In this document: positions 40,750 through 51,699 of the stretch, one piece after another
How the letters are laid out: every line of letters starts with the position of its first letter
How positions within the stretch are numbered: position 1 is the stretch's first letter
Source of the DNA: Raillietiella orientalis
Lineage: Eukaryota
Direction of reading: 5' to 3'
Length of the DNA: 64,000 nucleotides
Assembly (NCBI GenBank): GCA_036172245.1
Contig: JAYWIR010000006.1
Location: 744,001-808,000, forward strand
Translations under genes and position numbers: made by a program
The notes under the pieces: model-generated
Told to the model about the DNA's origin: nothing
Databases searched by the model: none
Seen by the model: the letters and a program-made list of their open reading frames with translations, nothing else

Positions 40750-41800
40750 GGCCTCAGTGCTTTCCGACTCTCTTGTCGTCAGGCGCTTCCCGTTTTCATC
40801 GCGAGGTCTGTGCTCGGTGTCCGTTCTCTCCCCTGGGACCGCGTCTAAGATGCTATCCGTTTGAGCAGGTTGTCAACAGGCTGTAATGTGGGAAAGGTGG
40901 AGACATCGAGGAGGTAGGAAGAACGGAGACCTTCCACATGACGAAGGCAACCGATCGCAAAACCATCCGCGCCAGAGCGTCTCAGCACGGGGAGAGCTAG
41001 TGGCTGCAGAGGTGCTGGAACTACCGGAGTTTCAAAGGGAGCTGCTCTGCTTTTCATCCTCCAAGAGTCCAGTCATCTGATTAGCTGGTCATTTCCAGAT
41101 AAAGAGGAGAAGCCTCTTCCGTACAGATCTCCCTCGTTGCCTTGTAGCTCCCAAGACCATCCCGTGCATCGTTCTCTTTCGCCGGCACGCCGAGCGCTTT
41201 TGCCGCTGGTCGCCGCCAACTGCTTCCGCCATTGGCATCACCACAATCTTCGCGTTTCTTAGCACTTCTTCAGGACCGTTTCAGCTGGAGATCGCGTTGC
41301 AAACAAGCCTCCTGCGGGTGGGAGTCAGCGTCCCGATAGTCGCGTCGGAGGAAGAAAGCATTGAGTTGAAAGTCTGCGCGCGTTCCGGAAAGATGCCCTC
41401 CAGTAGAGCCGAGCTCTCGTCGTTCCCCTCCTTCGTTCGCCGTGCTTCCCGAATTCCTGTGAAGTGCTGTTCTCAAGGCTTTCTTGAGCGGCACGTCGCG
41501 GCCTCGGACGGTCTGCGCTTTCCGCGGGGCTCCCGGCTATGCAGTGGGGCGCTGTGGTTTTAGTCAATCAGGTTTGCGCGTCCGGTACCAACTCGTGCCT
41601 CTCCCTTCGCTGACCTTTCCTTCCCTCCCTACTCTATCGCCATTTGCTTTCCGTGGTCCTCCTTCGGTCGTGCCCGAAGGTTTCGAGTTATTCAGCAGAT
41701 GCGTGTCCTCAAGGAGCACACCTTCCGCAGCAGTCACCTCTTCTGCGATGGCCCTACACCGATATGGGGTCAATAATATACCAAGCCAACTCTCTTCCTC
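40750..41800 (-). mobile_element. Decayed RT relic adjoining the U2 fragment
   Basis: AIAEEVTAAE...LNNSKPSGTTEG (resembling ITxEEV...NSAPGPDG), FQLNAFFLRRDYRDA and LGVP. Confidence 0.4.
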
Positions 41801-41808
41801 CCCTTTTC

Positions 41809-41845
41809 CTACACTTTGATCTTAGCCAAAAGGCCGAGAAGCGAT
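41809..41845 (-). pseudogene. U2: 3'-truncated U2 snRNA retropseudogene (U2 nt 1-37)
   Basis: The minus strand reads ATCGCTTCTCGGCCTTTTGGCTAAGATCAAAGTGTAG, the conserved U2 5' end up to the branch-point recognition GUAG. The rest of U2 is absent. Flanked by direct repeats TTTTCCT (41804-41810 and 41845-41851) that overlap its ends. Confidence 0.92.
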
Positions 41846-42284
41846 TTTCCTTTTTGGAGGGGGGGGATTCCGACGGTCTCCCGTAGTGAAATTCTTAAGC
41901 GATAATCCTCGTGAAGGAACAAAGGCAAGGTGATCCTTCAAATGGAAGCATCTTCAGATGTCCCCCCGTTGATGGCGGAGCTTTTTTTGAGAATTCCCGC
42001 CCCCTTTCCGCGACCTCTCCTGATGTCTTTCCCGCTTCGATTCCCTTTTCCGGAATGGTCAGTCGCTTCGAAATTCCAGAATGCTCGCAAATCCCTGAGG
42101 TTCCCTTCGCGTTTCTCTGGTCCAGGCGTGGCTCGAATTTCAGCGCCACCCCGGAGTTATGAAAATCCTTTGGGTTCTTTTCTTGTCTTCTCTGTTTTCC
42201 TTCCAGCTGTTTTTCTTTTTTTTCACGGGTTTTATTTTTTTTGGTTCGCCAAGTACCTCAAGAGTTGTCGCGCCCCTGGCGGCG

Positions 42285-42970
42285 GCGCGCTCAGCTCTTT
42301 AACGTTGTTCCACGCCACCCGAGGGTGCGTGTAATTCTTCAAGATAGGGGGTACCTCGGGAGGGGTCCTCCCTATGAATCCAGGAAGGACTCAGAATCCG
42401 TTCCTCTCACGCCTGGGGAGGGATCCCCGGAAATGGAGATCACCTCCATTTTGGTTGTCTCCGAAGGGGAATCCAGAACGGAGTCCCAGCCATCGGAGCT
42501 CCTTCCTTATTCTCTCCGAAGAGACCCTCGGAGGGGTCCGCTCCATTCTTCTCTGAAGAAAACCCAGAAAGGATCCGCTCCTGGAATTTCTTCTCCGGAG
42601 GAATCCCCCGCGAGGGATCCGCTCCTGTTTTTACTCCTCTGAAGAGGACCCAGAAGGGACGCTTCCGAAATTCAGAAGGACTCTGCTTCCCCGAAGGGAT
42701 CATCTCGCTACTCTGCTCTCTCTAAAGAGGTGGCAACACAGCACTCCATCAGCATGATGCAGAGAGTCCCCTTGGAATGAGGGGTCTGCTCTCCTTTGCA
42801 CAACAGTGAGGGAAGAATTCCTCACTTCTTGATTCCTGGAAGGACCAGAAGGTCGGCCATCGTCCCGGCCCTCATCAGGGGCATCTGGTTTAAACCTCTA
42901 TCGGTGTCGCACTCGAATGTTTGTTGGCCAACCAGCGTCCTCTCTCGGGTGGAACTCGAACCCACGACGC
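42285..42970 (-). mobile_element. tRNA-headed SINE-like interspersed repeat, second copy
   Basis: Same conserved blocks as 32275-32985. The head reads GTCGTGGGTTCGAGTTCCACCC on the minus strand. Confidence 0.65.
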
Positions 42971-42989
42971 ACTGTGTCGATTCATTTCG

Positions 42990-44520
42990 GAGTATTCGAA
43001 CCCGCGACGCATGGTGGTGCCACGCTCAGAGACCACCGTAACCACAAAGCCTCCGATGCGGGCACATCCCTTAGCCGGTCCAACCAGGCAAGGACGCTCT
43101 CGCGCTCTGATTTCCCATAGGTGAGCCTATAGGGGACTCTTGGGAAAACTTTAGGACACGCTGTCTCCTGGAAGGCGGGGGAATTTCACCTCCTGGCTGG
43201 CCGTTCTTTCGAGTCTCCTGCACGGTCTGCTTGTTCTTGTCGGCGACCACTTTCCATCGAGGGTCAGGGGAATCTTCCGAGAAAAGCTGTTTCTGAGGGG
43301 TTGGCATCGCAGCCGGGTCGCCTGTAGACTCTTGGAGTACAGGAAGTCACTTCCAAGGGGGCTCGGGGAGGCTGCCGTCCCGAGGAACGGCGAGAGTAGA
43401 AGAGATCAGATATTGTGGCAGGGATGAGACCTCTTGGTCCCCCCATCTCACCCCACCCATCGCAGAAATCCTTAGAAACATAGGCGTGCGATCTTCCCGC
43501 TCGCTGGAAAAACCGCGGGGGACAGGAGCAGCTTCCCATCTGGGGCTCGGCATCCCGTCCGGTGCAACTGGAGACGTGGGCCACGCGGTCTCCTACGGGT
43601 GATGCGAGGCCAGCGCCCTCGGCCTTCCGAATTTCCCTCGAGGAGCGGAACCCCTCCGCACACGGAGGCTCAAGCGCTCGCCGCCGAGTTCCTCGGTCCT
43701 AGAGAGTTCCTCTCTTCTCTTGCGGTTCCTTGTTAGCGAGAAGGGTCAACCCGGATCATGAGCGATGTGGTACTTTTCCACCGGGGGGAGAGAGGATGGG
43801 GGGCATGCGCTGCCGTGCTCTTGGGAGGGGAACTGTGTGCGTGCTGAGGGAGAGCTGCTCGAAAAGAAGTGCTTCAATGGCCGCTCCTCGACGTGATGCG
43901 GTCGCGAGGTGAGGACCAAACCCTCTCCATGGGCCGGTGGGGATGGCCGTTTCACTTCCGGGAACTCCACGCGCCGAAGACTCTGCTTTCACGTCGGGTC
44001 CTTCCTGTCTCCCTGCTCCAGATCTATCTGACCTCGCGTTTTGAATCTGTCCTGAGGCACGAAACCTTCGTGCCCCCTCTGCATCGCGAGGACCGAGTCC
44101 TGCCTTCGTCCTCGCGCGGCTGGCAGCTCGTCCAAAGAAGAGGAGAGTCGGCTAGCATGATCGCAGGTCCTGCCAATGTCGTGGCGCTCCTCGAAGAGGC
44201 AGGGATCGATCTTCTCCTGGGTGTCGTTGTCCAGGAGTTCCATGATCTTCCTCCCGGCTGATTTCTTGTCCACCCGCCCTCGGGGTGCGAAATCTCTTCT
44301 CGCTCCTTCTCGCCATCCTGGTATCCTAGGGGCGGTCGCTCCCGGACGTCCAGCCGGCAGCGGGACGCGTCTGTTGCTCTCCATCTTCCAGAGAAGGAGA
44401 CCGGGGACGCCTCTAGGGTCCACGATCTCTCGCCTTTCCGGACGGGAAGGGGTAATTTTCGCAGGGAGATAAAAGGATGCCTCTGCTTGCCTCCCTTCTT
44501 CCCTCCTTCCCCCCCATTCT
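42990..44520 (-). mobile_element. Decayed GC-rich RT/RLE relic
   Basis: DSVLAMQRGHEGFVPQD (resembling LSxxQxGF.P.DG), ACPP...YHIAHDP (resembling GCPLSP.LFNIAM.P), and an RVRIL segment similar to 27740-27815. Confidence 0.45.
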
Positions 44521-44600
44521 TCCCAGATGGGCTCCTTTTTCTTGCGTATCTTTTCCTCGGAACCACCGGGAGTCTCAGAGCAGCAGGAAGGAGCGATTCC

Positions 44601-44660
44601 GCATGATCCCCCTCTTCTGCTTGCGGATTCCAACCGTCTGCACGACGTCATGATGTGAAG
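44601..44660 (+). pseudogene. Decayed partial duplicate of the sNPF intron end and exon 2 start
   Basis: GCATGATCCCCCTCTTCTGCTTGCGGATTCCAACCGTCTGCACGACGTCATGATGTGAAG aligns without gaps to 45845-45904, including 21 contiguous identical nt. The acceptor is changed AG>GG and CAG>TGA makes an in-frame stop. Confidence 0.75.
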
Positions 44661-44978
44661 ATCTCTTCCTCCTCCTTCCCTTCAGTCCGCCTCACCGCGT
44701 TCTGGAAGACCCTTCGGGAATCCAGAACTCGCCTTTTCCTTCCTCCGCTCCCCCTTTCTTTTCTCGACCTTTCGCCTGAGCCACGGGAGAGCTCTTCCGC
44801 GCGTCCCGGCAGGCACGTTCCTTCCTCGGCTTCTTCCTAGGGCGGGAGCTGGAAGGCGGCGGAAGAGGGAGAGGGAAGCGGAGGGGGGGTCGCTCTCCGT
44901 TCCCTTCCCGATTGCCCTAGCGTAGAAGCGCGCTCCCTGATGTGCTCATCGTCGCATCAGCTGTTCCTTTCTTTGCAG

Positions 44979-46040
44979 ATGATTTGGAAGAAGTGGCCTC
45001 TCGTGGGCGGGTTGCTCCTCGCCAGCCTCATCGTCGCGGGCGTGGTTGACTGCCTGCCTCCCGACGAAGACTACGAAAGTAAGCGTGAGACCATCTTGCA
45101 GCTCGGGCCGCGGGGCTCCACGGGTGGGGGAGCAGCGGCATGGAGGGGATGGAGGGGTGGGGAGACGCTGCTCTCCCGAGAGAGGAGCAGCGACAGCTAC
45201 CTCCGCCGGTTCCCATGGAAACTCCTGACGCCGAACGCGTGCTGCTCGAGAGAGTGGAGGAGGAGGAGGAAGAAACAAAAGAGGGACAGAGACGAAGAAG
45301 GAGAAGAGTCCTCCTGGGGTCAGCAGATAGCTCTCTTCAGGGATTCGATTTTCAGAAAAGAATAGGTGTGATAGGGAGAGGATAACTATAATGAAGGGTA
45401 AGATGAAGTATAGGGAAAAGAATCGATTGAGAGTGGGATTGGATACGAAAAAGTTTCCTCATAAAAAGGAGATGATGTGTTGTCCGATGAGAGGGATGGC
45501 AGAAAATAGATTAGTAATAACCGTAGCGGTTCAGAAAGATATTTGCCCTCAAGGAAGGACGTATCCTAGGAATGATGCTATTAGCCGGACGCCGGGCGAG
45601 CACCGCGGAGGCCACACCCCTTCACATCTCCCCGCCGGTTCCCAAGTTCGCGTCCTCCTCGTCCCCCACCAGACGCCGACGCCTCCCACCTCGCTCGCGT
45701 TCGTGCTCCCCATCAAGGCTGAAGGAGGGAAGGATCAAGCAGCAGCGGCCCTCCAGGGGAAGAAAAGGAGAGAGGGGGTGCGAAGGAGGGGCAGCGGGGT
45801 ACAGCGGCCGCTGCGGTCCCGAGACTTCGATCGGCGCCGCAGGAGCGTGATCCCCCTCTTCTGCTTGCAGACCTCAACTACCTGTACGACCTGATGATGC
45901 AGAGGACCCTGGCCAGGGAGGCCCCCGTCATCAACAACGTGGTCCGGAAGTCCAGCCGCCTGCCCACCATGAGGCTGCGATTCGGCAGGAGGAGCGTCGC
46001 GTTCCCCGCCGCCGACCGTGCAGCGGAACCCTTGGACTAG
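44979..46040 (+). CDS. sNPF: Short neuropeptide F precursor; 2 coding exons, 89 aa
   Basis: Exon 44979-45078 (signal peptide MIWKKWPLVGGLLLASLIVAGVVDC then LPPDEDYE, GTAAGC donor) and exon 45871-46040 (acceptor CTTCTGCTTGCAG) give NLNYLYDLMMQRTLAREAPVINNVVRK-SSRLPTMRLRF-GRR-SVAFPAADRAAEPLD*. The RLRF-G-RR amidation/cleavage site, upstream RK site and YxNxxxLYxLxxQR spacer match arthropod sNPF precursors. The ATG is directly preceded by a pyrimidine tract and AG, implying an upstream non-coding exon. Confidence 0.93.
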
Positions 46041-46132
46041 CCTGCGAGGGACCAACACCTCGCTCCCTTCCCCGCGCTCCTCCTCAGCTGGAGAGCGCGC
46101 GCTGTGGCTCCCCGGGGCATCCTCAGCATCGA

Positions 46133-46138
46133 AATAAA
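46133..46138 (+). promoter_or_regulatory. Candidate polyadenylation signal of sNPF
   Basis: AATAAA about 90 nt after the stop codon, merging into a genomic A-run. Confidence 0.4.
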
Positions 46139-46369
46139 AAAAAAAAAAAAAAATGCAGAGTTCCTTCGCAGGGCAGTCTCTCGGCGCAAAGCCTGGCGTT
46201 CCCGGAACCGGGATGCAGGCGCGGAGGCCTGACATGGGACGGGGGTGGGCAAGTGAGTGAGTGGGGAGGGAGAGAAGAAAGCTCCACTCCGAAAACAGCA
46301 AGTGGCCCCACTGGTCTTCTGGGACGACGGCGAAGCGGAAGGAAGCCTTCCGTTCCCGGTAACACCCAC

Positions 46370-46825
46370 CTACACCACGCTACCCCGTACCACCTTACTT
46401 ACCATCTCCTGACCTGACCTAACGTAACTCTGCCCCACTCCAACCTAAACGAACATACCTACTCAACCGATCATATTCTCACCTTCCTTGACCTAACCTT
46501 CCCGCCTATTCCACCCTACCTTACCTAACCTAACCTATTATACCTTAACATATCATACCATGTCCTAGTCTAACCTAACCTACGTTACCTACTCTATACA
46601 ATCTATATATCCTCAGCTTGTTTGACTTGACCTATCCCTAACTAGAATACCTGCACCCTACCCTAGCCTAACAAACCTAACCTAATCAACCTTATTCGAT
46701 CCTGCCCTAACCACTTAGGCTAACCTACCTAACTTGCCCTACTCTTCCCTACCTGCCCAACCTGTCATATTTTCACCTCACCTAACTCAACCTACTCTGC
46801 CCTGCCTACCATCCTCCCCTGACCT
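46370..46825. repeat. Degenerate (CCTAA)n/(TTAGG)n pentamer array, interstitial telomere-like
   Basis: About 450 bp with 5-nt periodicity (ACCTA, CCTAA, CCTTA variants), perfect runs such as CCTAACCTAACCT near 46525 and 46570, and a strong G deficit on the + strand. Confidence 0.8.
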
Positions 46826-46849
46826 CAATCTAAGGCGCCCTTGAAACGA

Positions 46850-48150
46850 GAAAGGTGGTTGATGGAGGATTTTCCATTCCCGTTCGATCCTCGCAGGCAC
46901 CACAGCATCGGCGAGCTTGCGTGTCGAAGACGGGACCCGGGAGAATCGAAAGGGAGCGCAGGAGGGGGAAGGAAGAAATGCACTCTCACTCCGGGACGGC
47001 CCAGGAAGGCGAGAATATGTAGCTGGTCCCTCCGAGTTTCCGCTGGCATCTCCCGGAGGAAGAGGGCAAGCATTCTGAGTGGGGAAGCCACGGGTGGATA
47101 CAGGGATGCTCCTAGTGGGTCTTTCATAGGTCCTGTCCTCAGGGAGTTGATCCCGTCTTTCCAGGAAGAGCCCGATCTTGGAAATCTCTGAGTCGCATGC
47201 TGCTGACCTCCGGGTCGATAGTCTTCCAATCTGCTCGCGGGGAGCGCATACCGCGCGGCCTCCCCCGAGATAATTCCGGCCTCCAGGAACCCCAAAAACC
47301 TCCCTCGGCGGTGCCTCTCGGCGATGCTTCCACCCATCCCTGCGTCTAGTTGTCCTTCGTTCCTTTTCGATTCCTCGAGTCGGGACCCGTCGCTTGGATC
47401 CGGGAAAGGGCCCGGCATCGCAGCGCGGCCCCTGTCCCAGACCCTAGGAGACCACGTCTCGTCCGAGGTCACGTTGTCATCTTCCCGCCCTCGTCCCCCA
47501 TCCGGTTACTTGGGAGACCTCGCTCGAATGACCCGCGCTACCGGAGCTTCTGGGATGTTCCGAGACCCGCACCGAGCTGCAATCCAGCGCAGACATCTCC
47601 TGGGCGTTTCCTGCCGGCAAGGCAACGCTGTGATGCCGAAGCGTGTCCGAGACGTCGGCGCTGCCCTGAAGGCATCTGGCCCAATCTCACGCTAGCGTCC
47701 GCAAGCCGTCTTCGTCGGTCGTTGCGGATTCGAACCCCGCAAGGGGGCCGATCTGGACGCGTCACGGAGTTCCAGCGCTCCTGTACGACGACCCAGGGTA
47801 AGCTCGGGACTCGGGTGTGCATCGTGAGGGCGCGCTCATGCCCACGGCCGGGCGAGCTGAGAACTGGGAGTTTCCCTTCTTCCTTCAGGGTGACCCCTCC
47901 TACCTGATTCACGCTCACCTCGGGGTGCATGGGTGGAAGAAGTGAAAGAGCCTTGCAAGTCCCCGCGGGGGGCTGCTCCGATGTCCCTGCGGAGCGAAGC
48001 AGCAAACCACGGCAGAGGAGAGTCCCGGGAAGCAGACAAAGGAAGCATTGCTTTCCGGCGGCATATACCACTCCCCAGCGGCGCTCCAGGGCGCTCTGGG
48101 GTGCATTGGATGCTTCTGCCGATCCCCTCAGGAGCCGTGACTTTCGAAGG
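46850..48150 (-). mobile_element. Decayed GC-rich RT relic
   Basis: WVVVQERWNSVTR (resembling the KAFDSV region) and GINSLRTGPMKD (resembling IxxAPLKP). Confidence 0.3.
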
Positions 48151-50921
48151 GAGCGAAGAGCAGCACGGGCTGCTGAGGGAGGAGGGAAGCGCCAGAATGG
48201 GGCAAAAGTAGGGCGGCGTTTCGTGCGAAGCACAGCCAAACGGAAGACGAAGAAGAAGAAAAGGCCGCCAAGCTTCAAGGGGAGCAGGATTGTCTACTGC
48301 CCCAGACAAGTCGATCCTCCCTCTTTCCTCTTTTCGCATGCCGGCAGCCGGTCCTCGCACGCTGCGTTGCCCAGAGAAACTCCAGGATGGTGAGCGCACG
48401 TCTTTCTCTGTAAGAGGACTCCGGAAGCACTTGGGGAGAGCCTCGAAAGACCCTATAGCACTCTCCCCGTTCATGAGATTCGTGCCGCATCCCTCGTCGC
48501 AGCAGCCTGCTATCAGGAGTGAGCAGAGGAGCGTTTATGGATGCCGTCTACAAGCGCACGCATGTCCCCTGAGAGGTCTTCCTCCCCCTCATCCAACATT
48601 TACCGAACCTCAGAATTCGGAGGAAAAAGCGGGGAGGAAGGGGGTCAAAGCGCTGCACTCCCGACGTGACCGCACCCCAGCCTCGCCGTAAACACCGTGA
48701 GCGGAATCGTACGAGACCAAAGCAAGAAGGAAAACACCTCTCCCGGGGCTGAGCATCGGCGAGAGAACGAGGAGGGGGTGGAATGTCACGCATCCCCTCC
48801 CTCACATGTTCCTCGTGGCGATTCCGAGCATCAAGGAGCACGGAGCTCCCTACGCACGCGATCACTGATTTCGCCTGGAGAGCGCAGGGGTCGAAGCTTG
48901 CTCGCACGGGATGCAGGAGAGTTTGGCGCTTCCCCCGAGGTGGCGCTGCTTCCCCAGGAGGGTTCCTCCCCCCCCTCGTGGATTCGCCGTGTCCCCCCCA
49001 CCCACCTGACTTTCTCGCGAGAGGGAGGGAAGAGGAGAGGCCGCCGAAGCCGGAGCGAGCCGGAACAGCAGCTCCTGCTGACCTCCAGCGGCAGCCACGG
49101 GAAAATTCTCGGCGAGTTCGAAATGCAGTAGGGAAGAAGGAAGCATCCACGGGAGGTTCCCGCCGCGAGGAAGGGAAAGAGGAGGCTGCTGCTCCCGGCT
49201 CCTAAAACGAGGGACCTCCATCCCCCCGCTTCAGCGACCCTGGACAACCAGACGAGGATCAGCACGGGCGGGACCGACTCCTTCTCCAGGGCCCACACGA
49301 TCGAGTTGGCGCCCCCTTCTGCCGACCGGCCTGCCGCTGCCCTCCGTGCGGTGCTTCTGCCCAAGCCAAAGATAGTGCTTTCCTCCCCCCCCCTTCCTTC
49401 CCCCCTCCCCAAGCGGATCAGTGCAAACACGTAAACACGGACCTTGATTCCCTTGATGACTCGAGCCCGGTAATCTTATCTTAGGTTCCTGACGATTCAC
49501 GTTCCGCACTCGCGGATCCGCCGACTCGCTCCGAGATGAAATTCGTTTCCTCAAGGGTTTGCCGGAGCGCCTTCGACTTTCTCAACCCTTCGTCCTCCGT
49601 CCTTGTTGACAGTGAATGCGACGTCATCTCTAGCGGGAACAGGGAATGGTGATGATGCGGTAGCTGGATTACCTGGAAGATCGGTCAATGCACGTGGATC
49701 TCCCCGACCCTTGTTGGTTTCTTTTCCTGCGCCGCGGGCCAACCCTCCCTTCCCTTCCCTCTGTCCCTCTGAGGCGCCCGAGAGAGAGCCAGGCTGGTTT
49801 TGCGTGGTTTCGCAGCATCACCGTGCAATTCGGGGACATCCTACGGAAGCAAACGCGATTTCCCGTTCTGGGCTCGGGTCGATTCTTGTCCATGGAATGC
49901 AAGGTCGCCTCGAGCTTCTTCTCCCCCCCCCCTGCCCTTGGGGAAGTGGGGGGGAGGGAGGGGGAGGGTCACCAACGGTCCCAGGACGAATAGAAGCGAA
50001 TTAGACCCCGTGCCGTTCCGTGATTCCCATCTCACGAGGACTCCGCCACCTCCTCCCTCTCGCTGGAGAACTCCTGCGTCCGTGGAGAGACGCGAGGGCT
50101 TTCCTCTTCTTCTCATGGAGAGGTTCCCACGGTCGCCGCCGGAGGTCAGCAGGAGCTGTCGTTTCGTCTCGTTCCGTCTTCCGTGACCGCCGCCATTCCT
50201 GCAAAAAGTCCTCGGGGCAAGTCACGGTGAGGAAAAACGGCGAACCCGCGAAGGGGAAAAAAAGCCCTTGGCTCCGAACGCAGTGCCACCTCAGGCATTC
50301 GAAGGAAGCGCCAAACTCACAGATCGATGTCACGGGTTTGCGCCAATGCTTTTTGCTTTTCTTTTCCTTTCTACATCAGAGACGCGCGTGGTCTGCTCCA
50401 GCGTGCGCCATCCTGTAGTACGGCAGCTTCCCCGATGCCGACTGAACGCATTGTCCTTTCAGCCGCCTTCCCATGACAAATTGATCACATCTCAACCTCA
50501 GTAACGTACTGCACGAAGCAGGAAGCGCGTTCCCTGATGTCCGGCTGCGTCAGGAGGACCAACTGCATTCCGAAACCGAACCAGGTCGGTCCTCCGGCGT
50601 CCTTTGACACGACGGAGAGTTGAGGACGGTCATTCTTCCACTGGGATTCGACTCTTCTCGGCTCGGATCGCAGGCAGCTCCGGGTGTTTCGAATGCCTTT
50701 AAGAACCCTCTGGAAGCCTCGCTGGACACATTCCGTTCTGGTCGTGACTGCGAGCGCGAAAACGACGGTCGCGCTGTTCCCCATCAGCAGGGATCAGGGC
50801 GAGGCGCGCACGACGCATCCAAAAACCCTGGCAACGATAAAAACCATCGAGGAAAGAGTTGGAGAGGAAAAGGGAAAGTCAAAAGAAGATGAGTTGCTAA
50901 TTGAGCGTGCCAGCACGGCAC

Positions 50922-50925
<4 letters not shown>

Positions 50926-50961
<36 letters not shown>
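50926..50961. repeat. (AG)18 microsatellite
   Basis: Direct reading of the sequence. Confidence 0.95.
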
Positions 50962-50964
<3 letters not shown>

Positions 50965-51699
50965 GGGGGGGAGCGGACTTGGCATTTCCCAACTTGACGC
51001 AGAGACGAAAAGGACGCAGTTATTGATTCAGGCTACTCCTGTGCGGGAAGAGCCTGAATCCCAGTGCAACAGCTGGGTTCTCGCAAAGGGAGAAGGAGGA
51101 AAGGCAACTGAGCACCGGACGAAGCATTGCATTCCTGCAAGGGAACGGCGTTTCAGAAGGAACTGGAGACTGAAAAAGCAGGAAGCCATCTTGGCAATGG
51201 GGCGCACCTCCTTAGATACGGCTTCTTCCTCGAGGGACGGTTCACCGGCAAGCCTTCAGCGGAGACAACGGACAAAAGGCTCCCGCGTGCAAGGAATGGG
51301 TCGCCCGTGGGTGCATCTTCGGACGTGGAGGCCAAGAGGGAAGGGGCGCCTCTTAGCTGAGCGTGTCGATAACGGGAACCGAGCTAATCCGTGGAGATTA
51401 CATGTGGAAGATGCAGCATTCTCAGGCGAAGCGCGTAAGGTTCAGCAAAGAAGGAAGAATTTCCTAACCAAGAGCATGACGCAGAAGAACGGAGCTAGGG
51501 ACTTTGTCCCCTATCGACCTAGTCAGAATGTGTGCGCGCGGTCACGCGAGGAAGGCAGCGTAAACGTGCCGTGCCATGTCCGAGGAGCGCCTCCTAAATT
51601 TCTTTCCTGAAGAGAAGGCGATCGTGATCTTTTGCCTGACGAATCAGCTTCCTCTGCCTGGCTGAATCCATTCTCTCCAGCATCCAATCGAGTTCTCCA

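Noticed and set aside
42845..42885. Hammerhead-like CTGATGA-G-GGCC...GGCC-GA on the minus strand of a SINE copy
   Set aside because: Lacks the GAAA core and stems I/III, and the paralogous copy reads CTGATGG.
42945..42970. tRNA gene
   Set aside because: Only a T-arm-like segment with no cloverleaf; explained as a SINE head.
50684..51610. 308-aa ORF
   Set aside because: Runs through an (AG)n microsatellite, has no recognisable domain and no splice or codon support.
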